From an uncultured Mycoplasmatota bacterium (lineage in GTDB: Bacteria; Bacillota_I; Bacilli_A; RF39; UBA660): DNA of 64,000 nt. The first letter of the stretch is position 1, and each line of letters begins with the position of its first letter. The notes under the pieces were generated by a model. That model was given only the letters and a program-made list of their open reading frames with translations, had not been told where the DNA came from and ran no database searches. Positions 47,334 through 56,368 of this stretch are shown piece after piece. The position numbers and the translations under genes are program-made. The stretch spans positions 253 through 64,252 of the forward strand of contig URHJ01000004.1 in NCBI GenBank assembly GCA_900547465.1. The letters are read 5' to 3'.

Positions 47334-47726
47334 ATGGAAAATAATGAAAGTTGCTGCTTAGCAAAAATCCTAAAAGTAATTGACATTATTCAAAAAGAAT
47401 CTGGTTGTTTGGATATCGATGAAGGTTGTGATAGACCATTTTTAGGAAATACTAGTGGAGCATTTTTCTATAACACAAGACCAATAACTTTATATAATAG
47501 AGATGGTAGCTTATTTAAAGTTACTTACTATGTAAATAACGTTGCAACAACATCTAGTGTTTTCAGAGTTGAAGAAGTTGATGACTGTTGTGCCAAACTT
47601 AGAATATTATCTACAGTTGTTTCAGATGATGTAACTGTTTATGCATCAACTGGAGAATATGTAACAATAAATCTAAATTGCTTCTGTGTTTTACAATGTT
47701 TAGATGATACTTATGTAGAAATTTAA
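47334..47726 (+). CDS. CotY/CotZ/ExsY-family spore coat protein (copy 1)
   Basis: Cys-rich. VFRVEEVDDCCAKLRIL and VTINLNCFCVLQCL parallel B. subtilis CotZ FFRVERVHGSCATLSLL and IEVDLDCFCAINCL. RBS AAGGAGG. Confidence 0.75.
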   Translation: MENNESCCLAKILKVIDIIQKESGCLDIDEGCDRPFLGNTSGAFFYNTRPITLYNRDGSLFKVTYYVNNVATTSSVFRVEEVDDCCAKLRILSTVVSDDVTVYASTGEYVTINLNCFCVLQCLDDTYVEI

Positions 47727-47741
47727 GAAAGGAGAATCATT

Positions 47742-48116
47742 ATGTGTGGTGATAAAGAAAACAAGAAAAAAAATTGTAACTGCATCGGAGATATAATATG
47801 TAAAATAATTCACTTGCAAAGAAATAGCTTTTCTGGTTGTAGCAAAGGAGGATGTGATAAACCTTTCTTAGGCCCAGAAGATATAACTTGTTATAATACT
47901 AGACCAGTTTCATTTTACAACTGTACAAATGGAGAACTATGGTCAGTATCAAATTCAACTATCTTTAGATTAGAGTCTTTAGAAGATTGCTGCTGCACCT
48001 GTAGAGTTTTAAACTTTAATAATGGAGAATATACAGCAACAAATGAATTTTTTACAATAAATCTAAATTGTGTATGTGCAATTAAATGCTATCAAGATAT
48101 AAACTTAGCACTATAA
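47742..48116 (+). CDS. CotY/CotZ/ExsY-family spore coat protein (copy 2)
   Basis: IFRLESLEDCCCTCRVL and FTINLNCVCAIKCY. RBS AAGGAG. Lies 15 nt after copy 1. Confidence 0.75.
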   Translation: MCGDKENKKKNCNCIGDIICKIIHLQRNSFSGCSKGGCDKPFLGPEDITCYNTRPVSFYNCTNGELWSVSNSTIFRLESLEDCCCTCRVLNFNNGEYTATNEFFTINLNCVCAIKCYQDINLAL

Positions 48117-48122
48117 AAAAAT

Positions 48123-48146
48123 AAAAATCCTTATGGATTTTTTCTT
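48123..48146. terminator. bidirectional terminator between the cotZ-like pair and the 67-aa ORF
   Basis: AAAAATCC-ttat-GGATTTTT followed by TCTTTTT. The minus-strand ORF stop lies in the loop. Confidence 0.6.
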
Positions 48147-48334
48147 TTTATTGAAATTACTTCAGAAATAGGAATCTTATCTCTATCAAGAGTTAATAAA
48201 ACTCCTCCTCTTCTACTAATAATTCCTGTTTCATAAGTTTTAGTAGATGTTTCAATCATAACAGGAATATTAAAAACATATTTTGTACTATTAAAAAGTT
48301 CATCTAAGAAATCACTTATTTCGTTTTCACTCAT
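48131..48334 (-). CDS. hypothetical small protein (67 aa)
   Basis: ORF only. The frame stays open ~100 nt upstream without an ATG, so the start is uncertain. Confidence 0.35.
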   Translation of the reverse strand: MSENEISDFLDELFNSTKYVFNIPVMIETSTKTYETGIISRRGGVLLTLDRDKIPISEVISIKRKNP

Positions 48335-48481
48335 ATTAACACTAACTCTTCTAGTATCATTAGAATAATAAACAGATCTATTATTTTCTATCTTTTTATC
48401 AATAGAATTTTGATAAATTTTAGGTAATTTTTTGATATTATCACATCCTTTATACTATTTTATGAATCTTTATGAGAAAAA

Positions 48482-48501
48482 TTGCATTTTTTTGGTATAA
48501 T
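48482..48501 (+). promoter_or_regulatory. extended -10 sigma-A-type promoter for the plus-strand SEDS gene
   Basis: TGgTATAAT (TATAAT at 48496-48501), 27 nt upstream of the ATG. RBS AAGGAGG. Confidence 0.5.
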
Positions 48502-48528
48502 ATCTAATAGACAAGGAGGAATAGATAT

Positions 48529-49656
48529 ATGATTAAACAAAAAAAGATAAATTTATCAATCTTAATACCAATTTGTTTGTTAGCACTAATCTCAGTAGTT
48601 ACCATTTATAGTGCTCAAACATACATATCTGATGGAGACGGCATGGCTCTAAAACAAGGTATGTGGTATTTAATTGGAGCCATTTTAGTAATGATTCTAA
48701 TAAAATTAAAAAATGAATACTTATATAAAAACACTTGGATTCTGTACATTATAGGAAATATATTACTACTCTGTCTTTTGTTATTTGCTCCAGAAATTAA
48801 TAGTAGTAAATGTTGGTTTGTTATTCCTAAAGTTGGAAGTATTCAACCAAGTGAATTTATGAAAATATTTCTAATGTTAACCCTTGCTACTATGATTCAC
48901 GATTTTAGAGCTAGTTACGATGCGCCTACAATTACAGAGGAATTTATATTTATATTAAAAACATTAATTGTAGTATTAATTCCATCTGTACTTACATTCT
49001 TACAACCAGATACAGGATGTGTAATTATTTACCTAATCATTTATGCATCAATGATGTTTGCATCAGGAATTAGAGCAAGGTGGTTTTTAATAGCCTTCCT
49101 TTTAGTAGCAGTTATTGCTAGTATAGTTTTTGGTACATACTTTTTAAACGAAAAATTATTTATAAAAATGTTTGGTAGTAATTTATATTACAGATTTGAT
49201 AGAATTTTTAATTGGTCAAGTGGTAGTGGATTGCAACTAGAAAATGCTATGGCTGCAATCGGATCTGCTGGTATGTTTGGTCATGGATTCAATAAAACTC
49301 CTATCTATTTTCCAGAAGCTGGTACTGACTTCATATTTGCCGTATTTGCTTCTAACTTTGGACTATTTGGTTGTTTCCTATTAATATCATTATTAGTATT
49401 CTTAGATACAAAAATAATATTATATGCACAGAGAAAAATAACTGACACAGATAGATATATATTAATTGGAATAGCTTCCATGCTAGTATTTCAACAAATA
49501 CAAAATATTGGAATGACTGTTGGATTATTACCAATTACCGGTATAACCCTTCCATTTATTAGTTATGGTGGTTCAAGTCTTCTATCATATATGATTATAG
49601 TAGGAATATTAATTAATATATCTATGGAAAAGCCAAGAAAATATAGGTACAAATAA
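48529..49656 (+). CDS. SEDS-family peptidoglycan glycosyltransferase (RodA/FtsW), second copy
   Basis: LQPDTGCVIIYL, PEAGTDFIFAVFASNFG and TGITLPFISYGGSS. Confidence 0.9.
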   Translation: MIKQKKINLSILIPICLLALISVVTIYSAQTYISDGDGMALKQGMWYLIGAILVMILIKLKNEYLYKNTWILYIIGNILLLCLLLFAPEINSSKCWFVIPKVGSIQPSEFMKIFLMLTLATMIHDFRASYDAPTITEEFIFILKTLIVVLIPSVLTFLQPDTGCVIIYLIIYASMMFASGIRARWFLIAFLLVAVIASIVFGTYFLNEKLFIKMFGSNLYYRFDRIFNWSSGSGLQLENAMAAIGSAGMFGHGFNKTPIYFPEAGTDFIFAVFASNFGLFGCFLLISLLVFLDTKIILYAQRKITDTDRYILIGIASMLVFQQIQNIGMTVGLLPITGITLPFISYGGSSLLSYMIIVGILINISMEKPRKYRYK

Positions 49657-49681
49657 AAAAGAGAAATCACTCTCTTTTTTT
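49657..49681. terminator. bidirectional terminator (SEDS + / glycosyltransferase -)
   Basis: AAAAGAGA-aatcac-TCTCTTTT flanked by A/T runs. Confidence 0.65.
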
Positions 49682-50684
49682 AGTTTTCTAAAGATTTGTA
49701 GACTTCTTTTAATTGTTTCCCAACATTTTTTAGATCTCTTGCCTTTGCAATTTTATATCCCTCTTTAGTTAAATCAGGTAACTCTTTATCGATAATTTTC
49801 TTAATCTTTAATTCAAACTCATCTACATCTTTTGCTTTATATACATTTTTTCCATCTTCTAACCAACCTTCAAATATTGGAATATCTCTAATAATAGATG
49901 GAGTCTTACAAGCACAAGCTTCAATTATTGGTATACCTTCAGTCTCTTCAAGAGTTGGAAATATATATAAATCACAACCAGATAACGCCCCTTTTATTTC
50001 ATCTTGTTCAACATAACCAGGAAATTGCAAATTATCAAGCCTTGTCCTCACTGCATCTCTTACTTTCTTTGTTGCAGCCGCCAATGGAGAATAACCAAAC
50101 CATATAAATTTATATTCAGGCATTCTTTTAGCAAGTTCTACAAAATCAACAATTCCCTTTCTTTCTATATATAAACCAATACCTACTATTACTTTATCCT
50201 TCTTTGTAAAACCGTACTTCTTTCTAAATTCTTTTCCTAGCTTTTCATCTCTTTCAAAAAAATTCAATTCTATCCCATTAGATATGCTATATATTTTTTT
50301 ATTCTCTAAATGCTTATATGAAGAAATTAATTTCTTAGAATATTCTGTAGGAGTAACTAAGACATCCCCAAGCATATAACATTTAACTAACCACCACTTA
50401 AAAAACTTAGCAGTCTGTCTTGAAAAAATAAACCCATTAATATAGTCTTCTTCTGTAGAATGTGCATGATAAACTATTTTTTTACCATGTCTTTTTGCAC
50501 GTTTCACTACAAAATAAGATTTAATAAAATATGTATTAATATGTAGTATGTCATATGAATCATTATTATCTAATGTGTAATTAACATTTGCTAAAGCAAG
50601 TGCTTTTTTTTGATGTTCAATTGCATGACCTAATCCACTCTTACCAATAGCTTTCAATCCTTCTGTATAAAGAAGTACTTTCAT
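49680..50684 (-). CDS. GT4-family (GT-B fold) glycosyltransferase
   Basis: N-terminal GKSGLGHA. C-terminal EETEGIPIIEACACKTPSI matches the E-x7-E-type motif of group 1 glycosyltransferases. Confidence 0.8.
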   Translation of the reverse strand: MKVLLYTEGLKAIGKSGLGHAIEHQKKALALANVNYTLDNNDSYDILHINTYFIKSYFVVKRAKRHGKKIVYHAHSTEEDYINGFIFSRQTAKFFKWWLVKCYMLGDVLVTPTEYSKKLISSYKHLENKKIYSISNGIELNFFERDEKLGKEFRKKYGFTKKDKVIVGIGLYIERKGIVDFVELAKRMPEYKFIWFGYSPLAAATKKVRDAVRTRLDNLQFPGYVEQDEIKGALSGCDLYIFPTLEETEGIPIIEACACKTPSIIRDIPIFEGWLEDGKNVYKAKDVDEFELKIKKIIDKELPDLTKEGYKIAKARDLKNVGKQLKEVYKSLEN

Positions 50685-50813
50685 AACAAGTCACCTCGTT
50701 CTTACATTATAACATAAGTATTAATATAACGCATTACTTTAATATATTTATTCAATTTTTATTACAATAATCCATCAACGAAAAAAGACGATTTCTCGTC
50801 ATAACATTAAAAT

Positions 50814-51203
50814 TTATTTTGCTTTGCCAGTAGTTTTTCCAGTCACTTCTTCTATAATTTTCTGTGGAGTTTCCATAGCTTCTAAAATTCTAACTTGAAC
50901 TTCTTCTCCAGAATTTGAATCATTTATAATTTCTCCAAATTCAGAAGGTTGCATTCCTAATTTTTCTTTAGCAAACCTCTCTACTGCTGGATCCTCCGTT
51001 GGAAGACCAATTTCATGTACAGATGCAGCCAAGTTAGCAAGATCAACAACCTCCTCCTTCACTGCTTCAACTGGATTTTTCAAAACCGCTTCCATTTCTG
51101 AAAGCCCAGGAATAACAACATTATACTCTTTAGCCGATTCAACTACGTACTCTGCCTTTTCCACCTTTTCTTCTACTATCTTATCAAATGTTCTTCTTTT
51201 CAT
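50814..51203 (-). CDS. hypothetical acidic protein (129 aa)
   Basis: ORF with visibly higher GC than its neighbours. No recognisable motif. Confidence 0.4.
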   Translation of the reverse strand: MKRRTFDKIVEEKVEKAEYVVESAKEYNVVIPGLSEMEAVLKNPVEAVKEEVVDLANLAASVHEIGLPTEDPAVERFAKEKLGMQPSEFGEIINDSNSGEEVQVRILEAMETPQKIIEEVTGKTTGKAK

Positions 51204-51224
51204 TATATCATTCCTCCTTGTTGT

Positions 51225-52085
51225 CTAATTGTTATTTTCTAAATCATTTGAGTCAGAATTATCTTCTTCATTATTTAAATTATCACTTTTTTCATCAGTA
51301 TCTATATTATCATTTGTACTTTTATTTAACTTACCAACAACTAACGATACTACTTGTCCCTTTTTTATTTTAGTATTTGAAGAAATTGATTGTTTTAAAA
51401 CAACATTATTTTCTCCTTCTGAAACATCTTGATAGGAAATTTTATATAAAATATTTTTGTGATTCAAAGAGTTTTTAGCTTTATCAATATTCATACCAAC
51501 AACATTAATCATTACTACTTCTGTATCATCTAAAACCCCAACATAAACTTTTATAATTGTATTCTTACTAACCTTTTTATTTGCCGTTTTATTTTGATCT
51601 AAGACAACACCAGCTTGAGTTGAATCAGTAACTTTTTTATCAACTTTTTCTACATTTAGTTCATGTCCCCTAAGAGTATTATATGCTTCATCATAAGACA
51701 TACTAATAACATTAGGAACTTCTATATTAGCATCACTATATATTTTGTAACCTAATCCACCACATACAACCATCAAAGCTATTACTAATAAAACTAGTAA
51801 AAACATAACTATCTTAGAAAATAATCCCATTTTTCTTTCTACTATAACATTGTTATTACCACGTTTGTTATTTTGACTATTACTCTTCTGTTTTACTTTC
51901 TTCACTTTATTTTTCACTTTTGTTTTAGTCTTTGCTTTACTTGCTTTTGCCTTTTTATTTTTTGATTTATTCTTCTCTAAATTTTGGTAATCATCATCTT
52001 CATATTCTAAAACAAGACTAGTTCCACACTTTTTACAAAATAGTGCATCATCTTCATTTAATACTCCACATTTTTTACAATACAT
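51225..52085 (-). CDS. zinc-ribbon / TM / double-PASTA domain protein
   Basis: MYCKKCGVLNEDDALFCKKCG zinc ribbon, Lys-rich linker and one TM. Two PASTA-like units follow (VPNVISMSYDEAYNTLRGHELNVEKV...IIKVYVG and INVVGMNIDKAKNSL...VVSLVVG). Confidence 0.7.
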   Translation of the reverse strand: MYCKKCGVLNEDDALFCKKCGTSLVLEYEDDDYQNLEKNKSKNKKAKASKAKTKTKVKNKVKKVKQKSNSQNNKRGNNNVIVERKMGLFSKIVMFLLVLLVIALMVVCGGLGYKIYSDANIEVPNVISMSYDEAYNTLRGHELNVEKVDKKVTDSTQAGVVLDQNKTANKKVSKNTIIKVYVGVLDDTEVVMINVVGMNIDKAKNSLNHKNILYKISYQDVSEGENNVVLKQSISSNTKIKKGQVVSLVVGKLNKSTNDNIDTDEKSDNLNNEEDNSDSNDLENNN

Positions 52086-52176
52086 TTCCTATCACCTCCA
52101 CCTCGTTTTAGTATTATATAATAAATTTTAAAAAGTGACTAAGTCAATTGTCATAACTTTACACAATTATACACTT

Positions 52177-53724
52177 TTATGAAATTATTTTTATAAATTC
52201 TTCCATAGATATATCTTTTTGAATAGGATAACGAGGAATTAAATATGAATCATCTTCTCTTATTGCTTTTCTATTACCTCCTACGAACGCTACAGAAAAT
52301 CCTGCTTTTTTTATCTGTTCTATTGCACTATCACTATAGGAGTAAAATGGATAACAAAACGCTTTTTTTGTACCTAATTTATTTATAGACGTATTTAAAT
52401 CATTAAAAATATCTTCTCCACTTAAACAATAAATTTTATTTTTACCACATTCACCAACTATATGCAAATCATCACCATGACTTTCAACTTCCAAGTAATC
52501 AGATTTGTAATCTTCCTTATTCCACCATGCTGTAATCAAAAATAAAGTTGCATGCATCTTATATTTTTCAAGTAGTGGTATTAACTTATTACCATTAAGC
52601 TTACCAGTTCCCATAGCACCATCATCAATAGTAATCAAAACTGATTTATCAGGAATATCAATTTTATCATTTTTCCACCCTATAAATTCATTCATAGTTA
52701 AAGCTTTATAACCATTCTCCTTTAAATATGTTAAATGTTGCTCAAACTTTTTACTATCTAAGCATATAGATTCATTACATACTTCACTATTAGAATCATA
52801 AAAGAAATGATAATTTAAAACCGCAACTGATTGATTATTACTTTCATTTATATTAACACCATTTATCATTTTCTCTATCATATCTAATGAAGTATAATCA
52901 GATACCACATATCTATTTATAGAATCAATATTAGTATCTTTAGTAGTCTTTATATTAGAATCAATAAAAGTAAATACAGAGTTATTTGATACATTCTCAA
53001 TATTAAATTTATATTTTTTTAATAAGTTATTATCTATATTTTCAGAAGTAGTAAGTAATACTGTCTTTTTCTTCAATCTAATACTTCCCTCTAACCACCC
53101 TTTATATTCATCTAAACTAATAGACTCATATTTATTATCCTTTAGATAAGAAAGTACTTCTTTAATTTTAGAAGATGAGGCATTATTAAAATATAAAACA
53201 CTAATAAAAGATGCCTCCTCTTCATTAGTATTTTTACTATCCTCTATAACACCATCATTTTTATTAACCTGATACTCATCTCCTAAAAAAGAAACATAAT
53301 AATAATCAGTACCAACATATTTTATTGGTAAACTAACACCATTATCTATTTTTAAAGCATCTTTTCCTTCCTTCTTTAAAACTACATTTTTATTAGTCTT
53401 TATATTCTTATCAAACGGTAAATAGTCTTTTAAATAAGCTTCCGCCTTTTCCTCTCTTTTCACATTTTCATAATATATATAATAATCAGTACCCTTAATT
53501 TTAAAATATAAAGAATTACTTAACTTATCTAAATTCAAAAAAACACCTTTAGAAACATTACCAACTTCTTTAAAAGATGATGAATAAAGTTTTGAATTTC
53601 TTGTTACTACTACACTTTTCCCATAATATTTTCTAATACTAAACATTTTCCCATACTTAATAAATAAAATACTAGAAATAGAAATAATAATTATTGATAG
53701 TGAAAAAATTATTTTTCTTTTCAT
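52177..53724 (-). CDS. membrane-anchored polysaccharide deacetylase (NodB family), paralogue of 16799-18058
   Basis: The C-terminal VAVLNYHFFYD...ITIDDGAMGT...ESHGDDLH is highly similar to the 419-aa paralogue. The N-terminal ~290 aa is different and unrecognised. Confidence 0.75.
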   Translation of the reverse strand: MKRKIIFSLSIIIISISSILFIKYGKMFSIRKYYGKSVVVTRNSKLYSSSFKEVGNVSKGVFLNLDKLSNSLYFKIKGTDYYIYYENVKREEKAEAYLKDYLPFDKNIKTNKNVVLKKEGKDALKIDNGVSLPIKYVGTDYYYVSFLGDEYQVNKNDGVIEDSKNTNEEEASFISVLYFNNASSSKIKEVLSYLKDNKYESISLDEYKGWLEGSIRLKKKTVLLTTSENIDNNLLKKYKFNIENVSNNSVFTFIDSNIKTTKDTNIDSINRYVVSDYTSLDMIEKMINGVNINESNNQSVAVLNYHFFYDSNSEVCNESICLDSKKFEQHLTYLKENGYKALTMNEFIGWKNDKIDIPDKSVLITIDDGAMGTGKLNGNKLIPLLEKYKMHATLFLITAWWNKEDYKSDYLEVESHGDDLHIVGECGKNKIYCLSGEDIFNDLNTSINKLGTKKAFCYPFYSYSDSAIEQIKKAGFSVAFVGGNRKAIREDDSYLIPRYPIQKDISMEEFIKIIS

Positions 53725-53804
53725 AGAATCACCATTATTAGTATGTGTAATTCCGTGAAAATAATAAAAAAATATAGTAAAAATTAATTTACTATACCTT
53801 CATT

Positions 53805-54392
53805 TTACTTAAAACCTAAACCATTAAAGAATTTTAAGTTTCCGTCTTTTCCAAAAGATCCTGTAATATAACTACTACCATCTCCTGCTACCCAAACATA
53901 CTTATTCCAAGAACTCAACTCTATAAGTGTTCCATCAACACCACCAACTGCTTCTTTAAACTCATCATAACTTACTCCATCATTTATCTTAGCTTTAACA
54001 TCTGATAAGTTATCAAGTGTAACTTTTTTGTTTTTTAACTCTTTTTTATCATATTCTATCTTTATTGATGATATTTTTTCATTGTTGATAGACACTGTCA
54101 TTACCTTATCATTACCAAAATCATATTCATATTTATCAAATATACTACTAGTAGTATTTTCTACTTTAGTAGCATCAAAACCAACTATATCATTCAATTC
54201 ATCTAATGTATTATCTAAAGACATTTTTGATAAACATTTATAATATGAACACTTTGACTTTACCGTTGTTTCCTTTTCTACACTCTTTACCTCTTCCTTA
54301 TTTGTGGTCTTACTTTCCTTTTTATTTGTACAACCCATAGTACAAACAAAAACTAAAAAGCACATTATCCCTAATAAAACTTTATTCTTCAT
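53805..54392 (-). CDS. lipoprotein, unknown function
   Basis: Lipobox VCTMGC after a signal peptide. ATG 54392 is preceded by AGGAGG. Confidence 0.6.
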   Translation of the reverse strand: MKNKVLLGIMCFLVFVCTMGCTNKKESKTTNKEEVKSVEKETTVKSKCSYYKCLSKMSLDNTLDELNDIVGFDATKVENTTSSIFDKYEYDFGNDKVMTVSINNEKISSIKIEYDKKELKNKKVTLDNLSDVKAKINDGVSYDEFKEAVGGVDGTLIELSSWNKYVWVAGDGSSYITGSFGKDGNLKFFNGLGFK

Positions 54393-54458
54393 ACTTTTCC
54401 TCCTCATAACAATGATTATATCTTATAATATTTAAATTGTATACAATTTATTACTTAT

Positions 54459-54489
54459 TAAAAAAAAGAAAACAACTAAAATTGTTTTC
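54459..54489 (-). terminator. rho-independent terminator downstream of the SleC-like gene
   Basis: Minus-strand GAAAACAA-ttttag-TTGTTTTC followed by T8. Confidence 0.7.
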
Positions 54490-54599
54490 CCTTAATAGTA
54501 AAATGAATGAATCAAGAAGAATAGTAATAATCGAATAAAATCATTCCTACTATTTAGTATAATATATGAATTATATAAATATCAGATTATTTAGTTAGA

Positions 54600-55958
54600 C
54601 TATATTGAATCCTTTTTAGAGTATTCAACTATATTATACCAAGTAACTGGATCTATTACTCCTGTCACTTCTTCATCAAAAATTGATTGTAGTTTTTTTA
54701 CAGAACGTTCCATAATATCATCAAATATACCACTAACTCTTACTCCAGGAATATTTTTGAATTTTTGACAGATTTTTAATAAAAATTTTTGAATAATTCT
54801 AACATCTTCACCCTCCATTCCTAAAGCAAGCAACCTACCTTGAAAAAACTCGTCTTCATACTTTGCATATTTAGAAGGAAGATTTTTTATTATTCCTTCA
54901 TACACCTCAACTATTTTATTCCAAGTAGTTGCATCAACTTCACCTGTTGCAGGAAGTGAATATTTGTTTTGAAAATTAATAACCATTGTTTTTGTATTAT
55001 CATTATAAACACTATTAAGTTTTAAAGTTGGTAAATCCGGATCAAAATAAGCTATTGCTCTTAAAACATAATGAAGTACCTCTACTCCTAAACCGACATC
55101 AGAATACTTTAAGGAATTACCATAATCAAATATTTCCTCTTCTTCTAAAATTCCTTCTGAATATATATCATTAACTCTCTTAACAGCGTTATAAACATAT
55201 TTTATTTTATACCAAGTTGCGTAATCAACTATACCGGTTACTTTCAAATTGAATATTTCTTGAAATTTTTTTACACTATCTTCTGTATAAGTACCAAAAA
55301 CTCCGTTTATTTTTGGTATTTTTGGTATAGCTGGATAATTGTTAGAAATCCTATTTAATTCTCTTTGAATAACTCGAACTTTATCACCTGCATTACCAAG
55401 TTCTATTGGATAACCTGGATAAACGCCTATTAATTCCCCTGTCGGAGCATTTTCAAATATTTCAATATCATCACCATAATAATGTCTTAGTATCTCTAAT
55501 GGTGTTTTATTCTGATTAGCTAGACTTACAGTCCCCCATTGTGATAATCCTTCACAAGTAGTACTTTTTCCATCACAATATATTGCATTTAACGGTTGAA
55601 TTTGGCCCCTTCTATATGCATAATTATTAAATAAGTCATCTACTTTTCTAGAAACAGCATCAAACACTTGCCTATCTTCTATATATGATTGATCATAAGC
55701 AGGTAAGGATGTTATATCAAAACTATAACCTCTACTTGGATACCATTCATTATAAATTCTATTTAAAGCAAATGATATTTGTGCTAGAATATTAGCCTCA
55801 ATCGCAGCATCAGGCCATGTTGGATAAATCTCACTAGACGCCACATTTTTTATATAGTCAATAAATGGAATACTAATATTTTTAGCCGCTTCATCAGGTG
55901 CTCCCAAATGCACTACGATTTCTGTTGGAATAGTCGGATAATTTATAACATTATTCAT
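54600..55958 (-). CDS. SleC-like spore cortex-lytic enzyme, catalytic part plus three PG_binding_1 repeats
   Basis: IPFIDYIKNVASSEIYPTWPDAAIEANILAQISFALNRIYNEWYPSRGYSFDITSLPAYD and CDG...CEGLSQWG...ILRHYYGDDIEI closely parallel clostridial SleC as I recall it. Three LG..G..V..IQ..L...FG..T..AV..FQ repeats follow. ATG 55958 is preferred over GTG 55970. Confidence 0.75.
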   Translation of the reverse strand: MNNVINYPTIPTEIVVHLGAPDEAAKNISIPFIDYIKNVASSEIYPTWPDAAIEANILAQISFALNRIYNEWYPSRGYSFDITSLPAYDQSYIEDRQVFDAVSRKVDDLFNNYAYRRGQIQPLNAIYCDGKSTTCEGLSQWGTVSLANQNKTPLEILRHYYGDDIEIFENAPTGELIGVYPGYPIELGNAGDKVRVIQRELNRISNNYPAIPKIPKINGVFGTYTEDSVKKFQEIFNLKVTGIVDYATWYKIKYVYNAVKRVNDIYSEGILEEEEIFDYGNSLKYSDVGLGVEVLHYVLRAIAYFDPDLPTLKLNSVYNDNTKTMVINFQNKYSLPATGEVDATTWNKIVEVYEGIIKNLPSKYAKYEDEFFQGRLLALGMEGEDVRIIQKFLLKICQKFKNIPGVRVSGIFDDIMERSVKKLQSIFDEEVTGVIDPVTWYNIVEYSKKDSI

Positions 55959-56358
55959 TTTCCATTCCACCCTCTATTATATTCATTGCTGAAAACTTAA
56001 TAGGCTGAATTACTTTTATATTATCAAATATTCCAACCTCATATACTCTTTTTAAATCAGAATCTGGATATTTAGCTGTTACAGTATACGTCGTAAAAAT
56101 AACATCACTTGCTTCCTCTACTACTTTTTTAGGAACTTTAGCAGGTAAAACTATTTGATCAATAATACCACTACTATCCGTAACCCCTTGGAAAAAAATT
56201 ACTTTTTCTCCATTAATATCTTTTGATATTTCTATTTCAACTCCCTGTAGAGGAAAAGCTTGATTAGTAGCAATAGCTTGTACTTTTAAAATACCAGAAC
56301 CACTATTTTCTAAAGAAAATTCTGGAAACTTCTCCCTTGTAAAGAAAACTTCATTCAT
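55951..56358 (-). CDS. stand-alone homologue of the SleC N-terminal pre/pro region
   Basis: 135 aa. ILKVQAIATNQAFPLQGVEIEI...SGIIDQIVLPA...YTVTAKYPD resembles the beta-sandwich N-terminal segment of SleC zymogens. Its TAA overlaps the downstream ATG (ATGAATAA). Confidence 0.55.
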   Translation of the reverse strand: MNEVFFTREKFPEFSLENSGSGILKVQAIATNQAFPLQGVEIEISKDINGEKVIFFQGVTDSSGIIDQIVLPAKVPKKVVEEASDVIFTTYTVTAKYPDSDLKRVYEVGIFDNIKVIQPIKFSAMNIIEGGMENE

Positions 56359-56368
56359 AATTAACCCC

